Positions 33,173 to 40,960 of a stretch of DNA of 64,000 nucleotides are shown one piece after another. Where the stretch lies: the NCBI GenBank assembly GCA_004321885.1, contig SCQK01000014.1:1-64000 (forward strand), in the 5' to 3' direction. Under the pieces are notes generated by a model, which saw only the letters and a list, made by a program, of their open reading frames with translations, searched no databases and was not told the DNA's origin. Within the stretch, counting starts at the first letter, position 1; each line of letters starts with the position of its first letter. The translations under genes and the position numbers were made by a program. The DNA comes from Patescibacteria group bacterium (lineage in GTDB: Bacteria; Patescibacteriota; Patescibacteriia; Magasanikbacterales; GWA2-37-8).

Positions 33173-35869
33173 ATGAAAGAACTTCCAAAGGCCTACGAGC
33201 CGCGAAAATACGAGGATAAGATATATGAACGTTGGGAAAAGAGCGGGTTGTTCAACCCCGATGTTTGTGTGGAAAAAGGCGTTGCCGATAAGAAGGCGAA
33301 GCCGTTTTCCATTGTCCTGCCTCCGCCCAACGTGACCGGCACCTTGCATTTGGGCCAGGCCTTGATGCTGTCGGTGCAGGATTTGCTGGTTCGTTATCAC
33401 CGCATGAAGAGCGACAAGACCTTGTGGGTGCCGGGCACTGACCACGCGGCAATTGCCACGCAGACCAAAGTGGAGAAATTGCTGATTCAGCAGGGGGTGA
33501 AAGACCCGCGCGCTGAATTGGGCCGGGAAAAATTTTTGAAAGAAGTAAACAAATTCGCGCAGGAATCGCACGATATCATCGTGAACCAGTGCCGCAAAAT
33601 GGGCGCGTCCTTGGATTGGACGCGTGAGGCCTTTACTTTGGACGAGCAAAGAAATCTGGCCGTGCGCACGATGTTCAAGATGATGTACGACGACGGCCTT
33701 ATTTACCGCGGCCATCGCATTGTAAACTGGTGCCCGCGTTGTCATTCCACTCTGGCCGACGACGAGGTGGAGTACAAAGCCCAGGCCGGCAAACTTTACA
33801 CTTTTAGATACGCCGATGATTTTCCTTTTGCCATTTCCACCACCAGGCCCGAAACCAAGCTGGGCGATACGGCCGTGGCCGTAAACCCGAACGACGAGCG
33901 CTATAAAAAATATATCGGCAAAGTTTTTGAAGTAAAAAAATTCGCGGGCGGACCGGATTTGAAAATAAAAGTGATTGCCAGCGAAGACGTGGACACAGAC
34001 TTTGGCACGGGCGCGCTTGGCGTTACTCCGGCGCACAGCTTTGCTGACTATGAAATGGCGCAAAAAAATAAATTGCTGGTGATTAAAGTGATTGATGAAG
34101 ACGGGAAAATTACCAAAGAGGCCGGCAAGCATTATAAGGGGTTCACGGTTTTGGAAGCGCGGGCGCGGGTGCTGGAAAACCTGCGCGAATTGAATTTGCT
34201 GGAAAAAGAGGAAGATGTTTCCAATAATTTATCTGTTTGCTATCGCTGTGAAAGTCCGGTGGAGCCTATTCCCTCCAAGCAGTGGTTCATAGACGTGAAC
34301 AAGAAATTCAGAATCAAGAATGAAGAATTAAGAATAAAGGGATTGAAAGTGAACAGCGAAGTGACGTTGAAACAATTGATGTCGGTCGCGGTGAAAAATG
34401 GACAGATAGAAATTATTCCGGACCGCTTCAACAAAACTTATTTTCATTGGATAGACAATTTGCGCGACTGGTGTATCAGCCGGCAAATTTGGTACGGCCA
34501 CCAGATTCCGGTGTGGTACAAAGGCGAGGAAATTTTCGTGGACGTAGAGGCGCCAAAGGGCGATGGCTGGGCTCAAGACCCAGATACGCTGGATACCTGG
34601 TTCAGCTCTGGCCTGTGGACTTTTTCCACACTTGGCTGGCCCGACAAGACCGATGACTTGAAAAATTTTCATCCCACCTCGGTGATGGAAACCGGTTATG
34701 ATATTTTATTTTTTTGGGTGGCGCGCATGATTTTGATGACGACTTACGCGTTGGGCGATATTCCTTTTGAAAAGGTTTATCTGCACGGTTTGGTGCGCGA
34801 CGAGCAGGGGCGCAAAATGAGCAAATCGTTGGGTAACGCGATTGACCCGCTGGACATGATAAGAGAGTATGGAGCCGACGCCGTCCGCCTGTCGTTGCTT
34901 ATTGGCACCAGCCCGGGCAATGATATGAAGCTGTCGGTGGAAAAAATCGCTGGTTTTCGCAATTTCACCAACAAGCTGTGGAATATCTGCCGGTTTATGC
35001 TGATGAACATCGGCAAGGATGTCATTCTGACCCCGACTCAGTCGGGGGAAGAATCCCTTTCAAAAACCCTGGCCGACAAGTGGATTTTGAATCGGTTGCG
35101 CGCAGTAATTAATATTGTCACAGAAAATATTGAAAAGTTTAATTTTTCTTACGCCGGAGAGCGTCTGCGCGATTTCACCTGGGGCGATTTGGCGGATTGG
35201 TATTTGGAGGTCGCAAAAATAGAAGGTGATAAGTCGGAAATCTTAAATTACATTTTAAGCGTGATTTTGAGACTTTGGCACCCGTTCATGCCCTTTGTCA
35301 CCGAACAAATTTGGCAGGATATTTATGGGAAAGAAAAAATGTTGATGGTGGAAAAATGGCCGGAAAAAATTAAATCGTTAGTTGATTCTTCACTCATCGG
35401 GATGACTGATTTTGATTATGCGAGAAATATAATTTTTCAACTTCGCTCATTGCGAGCTGAATATAAAATTGAACCGACAAAAAAAATAAATGTCGCAATC
35501 AGCGCGGGCGCTAAAGAACAAATTTTGAAGGATAACAAGGAGATGATCGTTAAAATGGCTAAAATTGATAATTTGATAATTGGAAAAGAGGTAAAAAAAC
35601 CGATAAACGCAGTTACATTTTTTGAACCGCCATGTGTTACTGTTTTTATGGACCTGGCTGGTTCGGTGGATTTGGTCAAGGAAAAAGAACGGCTGAAAAA
35701 AGAAATTGAGCAAACGGAAAAATATGTGGAAATACAAAAGAAAAAATTAGCCAACAAAGAATTCGTGGCAAACGCCCCCGCAGAAATCGTGGAAAAAGAA
35801 CAGCAGAAACTTTCTGAATGTGAAGCGAAGCTGGGGAAATTAAAAAATCAATTGAAGAGTCTAAAATGA
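33173..35869 (+). CDS. valS: Valyl-tRNA synthetase
   Basis: PPPNVTGTLHLGQAL (HIGH region), KMSKSLGN, and a C-terminal coiled-coil. Confidence 0.9.
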   Translation: MKELPKAYEPRKYEDKIYERWEKSGLFNPDVCVEKGVADKKAKPFSIVLPPPNVTGTLHLGQALMLSVQDLLVRYHRMKSDKTLWVPGTDHAAIATQTKVEKLLIQQGVKDPRAELGREKFLKEVNKFAQESHDIIVNQCRKMGASLDWTREAFTLDEQRNLAVRTMFKMMYDDGLIYRGHRIVNWCPRCHSTLADDEVEYKAQAGKLYTFRYADDFPFAISTTRPETKLGDTAVAVNPNDERYKKYIGKVFEVKKFAGGPDLKIKVIASEDVDTDFGTGALGVTPAHSFADYEMAQKNKLLVIKVIDEDGKITKEAGKHYKGFTVLEARARVLENLRELNLLEKEEDVSNNLSVCYRCESPVEPIPSKQWFIDVNKKFRIKNEELRIKGLKVNSEVTLKQLMSVAVKNGQIEIIPDRFNKTYFHWIDNLRDWCISRQIWYGHQIPVWYKGEEIFVDVEAPKGDGWAQDPDTLDTWFSSGLWTFSTLGWPDKTDDLKNFHPTSVMETGYDILFFWVARMILMTTYALGDIPFEKVYLHGLVRDEQGRKMSKSLGNAIDPLDMIREYGADAVRLSLLIGTSPGNDMKLSVEKIAGFRNFTNKLWNICRFMLMNIGKDVILTPTQSGEESLSKTLADKWILNRLRAVINIVTENIEKFNFSYAGERLRDFTWGDLADWYLEVAKIEGDKSEILNYILSVILRLWHPFMPFVTEQIWQDIYGKEKMLMVEKWPEKIKSLVDSSLIGMTDFDYARNIIFQLRSLRAEYKIEPTKKINVAISAGAKEQILKDNKEMIVKMAKIDNLIIGKEVKKPINAVTFFEPPCVTVFMDLAGSVDLVKEKERLKKEIEQTEKYVEIQKKKLANKEFVANAPAEIVEKEQQKLSECEAKLGKLKNQLKSLK

Positions 35870-35895
35870 TGGGTTTATAAGTTTGGATATTTTTT

Positions 35896-37086
35896 ATGAA
35901 AATCAACACAGACGCCAAAAAAATAGAAGAATTTTTAACGCGGGGAGTGGAGGCGCTCTATCCCAGCAAAGAGGAGTTTAGGAAAATACTTTCTTCCGGA
36001 AAACGATTGCGCGCTTATCAGGGTTTTGACCCGACCGGTCCATATTTGCATGTTGGCCATGCGATTGGCATCCGGGCGCTGCGTATTTTACAGGAGCTGG
36101 GACATGAAGTGATTTTTTTGGTAGGCGATTTTACGGCAACCATAGGAGACCCCGATAAGGATACGACAAGAGAAATGCTTACTGATGAGCAGATTGAAAA
36201 AAATATGTCCGGGTGGAAAAAGCAAGCTTCACAGTTGATTGATTTTAGAGGAAAGAATCCGGTACAATTCAAACGTAATTCGGAATGGCTCGAAAAATTG
36301 CGTTTGAGAGACGTTCTCCGGATGATGTCAAAAACAACTTTACAAAGAACCATGGAAAGAGATTTGTTTGATAGACGTTTGAAAGCTGCGGATCCGATCC
36401 GCTTGCATGAGGTGGCGTATCCCGCGATGCAAGGTTATGACGGAGTGGCGATGGACGTTGACATAGAGATTGGAGGAGCCGATCAGACTTTTAATATGTT
36501 GACTGGTCGTGTTTTGACCAAGGCATATTTAAATAAGGAAAAATTCGTGCGGGCTAATAGAATGATGAACGCGCCGGATAAAATTACAATGAGTAAAACC
36601 AAGGGTAACGGCATAAATTTATCCGATGAACCGAAGGATATGTACGGCAAGGCCATGTCTTATGCTGATAGTGAAATAATTAATGGTTTGGAATTGTTGA
36701 CTGAATTGCCAATGGCTAAAGTTGAAGAAATTAAACAATCTTTAGAAAGAGGAGAGAACCCCATTAAATACAAAAAACTGATGGCTTTTGAGATAGTAAA
36801 AATTATCAAGGGCGAGCAGACGGCTCTGAAAGCCCAGCAACATTTTGAAAGCGTTTTTCAAAGCAAGGCTAAACCGGAAGGGATGCCGGAAGTGAAGCCG
36901 AGCGTTTATGATATTATCGCGGTGCTCGTTGAATCAAAAATATGTCCGAGTAAAGGAGAAGCTCGGCGCGTCATCGCCCAGGGTGGAGTAAAAATAAACG
37001 ACAAAAAAGTTGAAGGGATTGAGGCGAGAGTGAAAGCGGGGGATGTGGTGCAGAAGGGGAGCCGGTGGTTTGTGAGAGTTCTATGA
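35896..37086 (+). CDS. tyrS: Tyrosyl-tRNA synthetase
   Basis: GFDPTGPYLHVGH, a KMSKS-like MSKTKG, and a C-terminal S4 domain (GEARRVIAQGGVKINDKKV). Confidence 0.85.
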   Translation: MKINTDAKKIEEFLTRGVEALYPSKEEFRKILSSGKRLRAYQGFDPTGPYLHVGHAIGIRALRILQELGHEVIFLVGDFTATIGDPDKDTTREMLTDEQIEKNMSGWKKQASQLIDFRGKNPVQFKRNSEWLEKLRLRDVLRMMSKTTLQRTMERDLFDRRLKAADPIRLHEVAYPAMQGYDGVAMDVDIEIGGADQTFNMLTGRVLTKAYLNKEKFVRANRMMNAPDKITMSKTKGNGINLSDEPKDMYGKAMSYADSEIINGLELLTELPMAKVEEIKQSLERGENPIKYKKLMAFEIVKIIKGEQTALKAQQHFESVFQSKAKPEGMPEVKPSVYDIIAVLVESKICPSKGEARRVIAQGGVKINDKKVEGIEARVKAGDVVQKGSRWFVRVL

Positions 37087-38822
37087 AGATAATTACAGAC
37101 AAAATTGAGAAGTTTTTAACGGAAGCCGGAATCGTCGGTGAAATTAAATTTAAAAAACCCGATCCAAAAATATTGGATGTTTTTGATTACGATATTGCTA
37201 TTCCTTGTTTTAATTTAAAAACGAGGGTGCAAGATAACGCGGAAGGGGTCATGGTTGCGCAAAGGATTGTTGGTAGTTTGAAAAGCGCAAGGACAGAGCT
37301 GCCGTTTTTAGATGAAGTTAAACAAGTAAGTTCATACGTTAATATTACGTTAAATGCAGGCGAAATAGCTAATTTAGTTTTGCGGCAAGCCACAAAAAAA
37401 GATTTTGGCGCCAGCAAAACGGGCAAAGGAAAGAAAGTAATGGTGGAGTTCGCGCATCCCAACACGCACAAGCAATTTCACATCGGCCATTTGCGCAATA
37501 TCTGCACCGGCGAAAGCGTGGCGCGTATTTTGGAAAACGCCGGCCACAAAGTTATCCGCGCGAACTATCAGGGCGATGTGGGGATGCACATTGCAAAATG
37601 CCTGTGGGGCATTTTGAAATTTCCAATTTCCAATTTTCAATTTCCAAAAGCGATTGACGAGCGGGTGAAATTGCTTGGCGAAGCGTACGCGAAAGGGGCG
37701 CTGGCTTACGAAGAAAGCGAACTGGCCAAAAAAGAAATTGAAGTCATCAATGAAAAAATTTATTCTAAAAAAGATAAAGATATAAATAAACTTTACAAAG
37801 AAACGCGCGAATGGAGCTTGGAATATTTTGGTAAAATTTACAAACGAGTCGGCAGTAAGTTTGACCGGCTGTATTTTGAATCAGAGACATTCGCGCCGGG
37901 CAAGGACATAGTGCTGGTCGGTTTGAACAAAGGGATTTTCAAGGAAAGCCAGGGCGCGGTAATTTTTGAGGGAGAAAAATACGGCTTGCACAATCGCGTG
38001 TTTTTGAACAGCCGCGGCTTGCCGGTTTACGAAGCCAAAGATTTGGCGCTGGCGAGACTGCAATTTCAGGAATACAAACCAGAATATATTTTACACGTCG
38101 TGGCCAAAGAACAGACAGATTATTTCAAGGTTGTTTTCAAAGCCATGGAGTTTACTTTGCCCGAGAGCAAAGGCCGGGAAAAGCATTTGGTCTATGGCTG
38201 GGTGAGTTTGAAAGAAGGCAAGATGAGTTCGCGTTCGGGCAACGTGGTTTTGGGCGAGTGGCTTTTGGATGAAGTAAAAAAGAAAGTGGCTGAAGCAATG
38301 AAAGAGCACAATGTGCGGGATAGGGAAGGGGTGCTGGAAAAAGTGGCTATGGCCGCGGTGAAGTATGCTTTCCTGCGAACAAGCATCAGCAACGATATTG
38401 TTTTTGATATAAACCAGTCGGTGAGTTTAACCGGGGACAGCGGGCCGTATCTGCAATACATTGTCGCGCGCATTAGTAGCATCCTCAAAAAAGCAGGCAG
38501 GGGTTCGTTTGGTCTCCCCTTTAGAAGGGGAGATGCCCCGCAAGGGCAGAGGGGTATTGAACCGGCAGAAAAATCACTCCTTCTTTCTCTTTCCGAATTT
38601 CCCGAGGTCGCCCAAAGCGCGGCCGAAGAAACAGACCCGTCCAAAATCGCGCATTATCTGCTGGGACTGGCGCAATCATTCAATAGTTTTTACGGCCAGT
38701 GTCCGGTATTACCGGCCGATGAAGAAATGAAAAAATTCAGATTAGCGATAATTAGGGCGGTAAAAAATGTAATGGAAAAAGGATTGCGTTTGCTCGGCAT
38801 TGAGAGCGTGGAAGAGATGTGA
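37083..38822 (+). CDS. argS: Arginyl-tRNA synthetase (carries an in-frame ~27-aa insertion derived from a repeat element)
   Basis: FHIGHLRN...NYQGDVG HIGH region and a C-terminal DALR anticodon-binding domain ending GLRLLGIESVEEM; ATGA overlap with tyrS. Confidence 0.85.
   Translation: MKIITDKIEKFLTEAGIVGEIKFKKPDPKILDVFDYDIAIPCFNLKTRVQDNAEGVMVAQRIVGSLKSARTELPFLDEVKQVSSYVNITLNAGEIANLVLRQATKKDFGASKTGKGKKVMVEFAHPNTHKQFHIGHLRNICTGESVARILENAGHKVIRANYQGDVGMHIAKCLWGILKFPISNFQFPKAIDERVKLLGEAYAKGALAYEESELAKKEIEVINEKIYSKKDKDINKLYKETREWSLEYFGKIYKRVGSKFDRLYFESETFAPGKDIVLVGLNKGIFKESQGAVIFEGEKYGLHNRVFLNSRGLPVYEAKDLALARLQFQEYKPEYILHVVAKEQTDYFKVVFKAMEFTLPESKGREKHLVYGWVSLKEGKMSSRSGNVVLGEWLLDEVKKKVAEAMKEHNVRDREGVLEKVAMAAVKYAFLRTSISNDIVFDINQSVSLTGDSGPYLQYIVARISSILKKAGRGSFGLPFRRGDAPQGQRGIEPAEKSLLLSLSEFPEVAQSAAEETDPSKIAHYLLGLAQSFNSFYGQCPVLPADEEMKKFRLAIIRAVKNVMEKGLRLLGIESVEEM
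38514..38554 (+). repeat. Family A-like C/G palindromic element located inside the argS coding sequence, in frame
   Basis: CTCCCCTTTAGAAGGGGAG followed by GC-rich sequence; it encodes GRGSFGLPFRRGDAPQGQRGIEPAEKS at a position where ArgRS proteins normally have no such segment. Confidence 0.5.
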
Positions 38823-38837
38823 CATGCCATATAATAT

Positions 38838-38872
38838 TCCTCTCCCTCTTAGGAGGAGGATAGAATAGGGGG
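38838..38872. repeat. Family A C/G palindromic element after argS
   Basis: TTCCTCTCCCTC-tta-GGAGGAGGATAGAATAGGGGG. Confidence 0.5.
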
Positions 38873-38877
38873 TATTT

Positions 38878-38898
38878 GGGCAATCCACGCCCTTTTTT
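38878..38898 (+). terminator. Small intrinsic terminator (GGGC-aatccac-GCCC plus T6)
   Basis: 4-bp GC stem followed by TTTTTT, 56 nt after the argS stop. Confidence 0.4.
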
Positions 38899-38920
38899 AA
38901 TTTATCCGCAACTTATCAAC

Positions 38921-38957
38921 TGTACACCTTGACAGTACACCTAACGAGGTGTACTAT
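38921..38957 (+). promoter_or_regulatory. Sigma70-type promoter for the TA operon (TTGACA 38929..38934, 17-nt spacer, TACTAT 38952..38957) with an embedded operator palindrome AGTACACCT-aacg-AGGTGTACT plus direct repeat TGTACACCT
   Basis: Consensus -35, near-consensus -10 and a perfect 9-bp inverted repeat in the spacer; the antitoxin ATG lies 7 nt after the -10, so the mRNA is probably leaderless. Confidence 0.6.
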
Positions 38958-38963
38958 TTATCT

Positions 38964-39185
38964 ATGAAAATCACTATCCACGGTATGTCTAAGATAATAA
39001 AAGAAGAAGGCGTTGAGAGAGTGACTCTTAAACTACCAAAAAGCGTGGCAGTGTATTTTCGCAAAGCTTTTCCGCACGGGAAGCGCAGCGATTTTGTGGC
39101 GCGGCAAATTTTGCGATACAAGCACGAACGGGAAGTGGGCGAGATTGAAGAAAAATTGCGCGAGGCCAGCGCTGGAAGGCAATAA
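38964..39185 (+). CDS. Ribbon-helix-helix type antitoxin (MazE/PemI-like role)
   Basis: Beta-strand-like ERVTLKLPKS then a helix; it sits 7 nt upstream of the PemK/MazF toxin gene and is directly preceded by a promoter-operator palindrome. Confidence 0.55.
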   Translation: MKITIHGMSKIIKEEGVERVTLKLPKSVAVYFRKAFPHGKRSDFVARQILRYKHEREVGEIEEKLREASAGRQ

Positions 39186-39191
39186 TAATTT

Positions 39192-39563
39192 ATGACAAAT
39201 GAATCGGAAAATATGTATTGCGGGGCCATAAAAAGGGGCGAGGTTTTTATCTGCGACCTGGCCGGCAAAAAAGCGTGGGCGCTTGTTCTGCAAGACAATG
39301 TTCTAAACGGCTGTTTGCCCACCGTGGTTTGCGCGCCGATAGAGCCGAGAAAAAAGACAGACAGGTTGTATATCAACGAAGTGGTTTTGCCGGGCGTGGA
39401 GACCGGCTTGGGCAAAGACGGCATTTGCCTGCCTTATAAAATAATTAGTATTGACCGCCGGCGGATTATCGCGAAAAAAGGCGAAGTTTCCAAAGAAAAA
39501 ATGGCAGAGGTTTATCAAGCGCTGGATATTACGTTGGGAAGGTTTAGGGATAAAAAATTTTGA
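39192..39563 (+). CDS. PemK/MazF-family toxin (mRNA interferase)
   Basis: GEVFICDL...KAWALVLQDN...TVVCAPI...LPYKIISIDRRRI aligns with the MazF/PemK fold along its whole length. Confidence 0.7.
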   Translation: MTNESENMYCGAIKRGEVFICDLAGKKAWALVLQDNVLNGCLPTVVCAPIEPRKKTDRLYINEVVLPGVETGLGKDGICLPYKIISIDRRRIIAKKGEVSKEKMAEVYQALDITLGRFRDKKF

Positions 39564-39675
39564 CGTTCTTTCCAGTCGCTCCTTTGATTTTGAGGCTGAA
39601 ATTCGGCGTCAGAATTGAAGGAGCGATTTTTTCGCTCTTTGACAAGTTACACAAACCATCTGGAAGGATGAATAA

Positions 39676-40857
39676 ATGAACCGGGAAAAAAATCTGAAGA
39701 CCATGCCGCGTGCGATTTTCGTATCGCACGCATTGCTCCCCGACTACAAGTCGAGTGAGCTCATCAGCCGCCGGCTCAAAGAACTCGGCCAGGGGTGGCC
39801 GGAAAAGGGGAAAGAGCCGGGGTTTATCCACTGGCTAACCTTCCCGGTGGTTCCGCCCCAGGAGAGTGGCGGTCGGCCGATTCTCGTGGATTTTCTTATC
39901 ATTCCGCTTTTCGCCGACGCCTACTTCAGGGCTATCGCCAGCGGCAAGGCCTATGTTTGGGCCTGCGAGGCTGTGGAAAGGGCCGTTGAGAACGCGCTCT
40001 TGGACGGCGTGTCGCCTGACGATATCTGGGTTGGTTGGGGGGCGTTCACTAAGATAGCCACTCATCACGGGAAGCTATTTTTGGAGAACAACCCCAAGTT
40101 CTCCTCAAATTCAACCCATGGAGACGCTGGCACTGGCGCGTTGGTGATAGAAGCTATCCTAGAAGCCGGCTTCAAGCCTGGCTTTAAGGTAGCGGTAATC
40201 GGCGCCAATGGGGCCATTGGTGACGCGGTTAGTCGCGTTCTTCCTTCCCTATCCCCGGCGAGTATCATGCTTGTGGGCAGGGAAGACGCGCCCGGGCAGG
40301 ACCGCAATTTTCTGCGTCTGCGGGAATTGGGCGTGTGCGTGGCGCAGAAAGTGAACGGCGGCCAAACCAAAGTCACCACGCACCAGGACAAGCGCACGGC
40401 CTGTCTGGAACAGGGAAGCGACCTGGTCATAGTCGCGACAAGCGGCAGTACGGTCGTTCGTCCCACTGAAGTTCCACATGGCGCGCTGGTGCTGGACATC
40501 ACGACGCCGAGCGCGTGCGGAACAGATCCGCGCGGGTGGGAGGGCAAGATGGTAGTTTTGGCCGGTTGCGGACAGTTTCTTCCGGGTGTTCTCCCGCTGG
40601 TCTTCGGCGAGACTGGCGGCGAGCCCATACTTGACGTCGGCGCCGGCGGCGCACTCTGCTTGTGGGGTTGCACGGGCGAAACAATCTCCCGTGCGGTTTT
40701 TGGGGTTCGCGGTCATCTCGCCGGACCCGAGATCCCCTTGGAAGCGGTTACGCAATGCGCCGAGCACTTTAGGGGGCTCGGCTTTGCGCCCCAGCCTTTC
40801 ACGGCGTTCGGAAAGTCCGTCGCGACCGACGCCGTGCGCCAGTTCGTCGCCGCGTAG
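39676..40857 (+). CDS. NAD(P)-binding (GxxGxxG Rossmann) protein of unknown function; compositionally foreign (GC-rich)
   Basis: KVAVIGANGAIGDAVSRVL in mid-protein; AAGGA RBS upstream; strong intrinsic terminator downstream; GC content is visibly higher than the flanks, with many spurious overlapping ORFs on both strands. Confidence 0.5.
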   Translation: MNREKNLKTMPRAIFVSHALLPDYKSSELISRRLKELGQGWPEKGKEPGFIHWLTFPVVPPQESGGRPILVDFLIIPLFADAYFRAIASGKAYVWACEAVERAVENALLDGVSPDDIWVGWGAFTKIATHHGKLFLENNPKFSSNSTHGDAGTGALVIEAILEAGFKPGFKVAVIGANGAIGDAVSRVLPSLSPASIMLVGREDAPGQDRNFLRLRELGVCVAQKVNGGQTKVTTHQDKRTACLEQGSDLVIVATSGSTVVRPTEVPHGALVLDITTPSACGTDPRGWEGKMVVLAGCGQFLPGVLPLVFGETGGEPILDVGAGGALCLWGCTGETISRAVFGVRGHLAGPEIPLEAVTQCAEHFRGLGFAPQPFTAFGKSVATDAVRQFVAA

Positions 40858-40896
40858 CGGCAGAAAGGGGGGCATTGTCGTTCATTGTGAGAAATG

Positions 40897-40932
40897 GCCT
40901 TGCGACCGTCGTGTCGCAAGGCATTTTTTTTT
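40897..40932 (+). terminator. Strong rho-independent terminator (GCCTTGCGAC-cgtcgt-GTCGCAAGGC plus T9)
   Basis: Perfect 10-bp GC-rich stem followed by nine T, 40 nt after the stop of the GC-rich gene. Confidence 0.8.
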
Positions 40933-40960
40933 CAACAAAATTATGTTATAATATCCATGT

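Noticed and set aside
38949-38963. GTG start at 38949 for the antitoxin (track ORF MYYLSMKIT)
   Set aside because: These codons overlap the -10 hexamer and operator palindrome; the ATG at 38964 directly downstream of the promoter is the plausible start.
39795-40951. Many overlapping ORFs on both strands across the GC-rich segment (e.g. 40065..40673 minus, 40249..40875 minus, 40586..40951)
   Set aside because: They are the typical high-GC artefact. Only the 39676..40857 plus-strand ORF spans the segment and has an RBS and a terminator.
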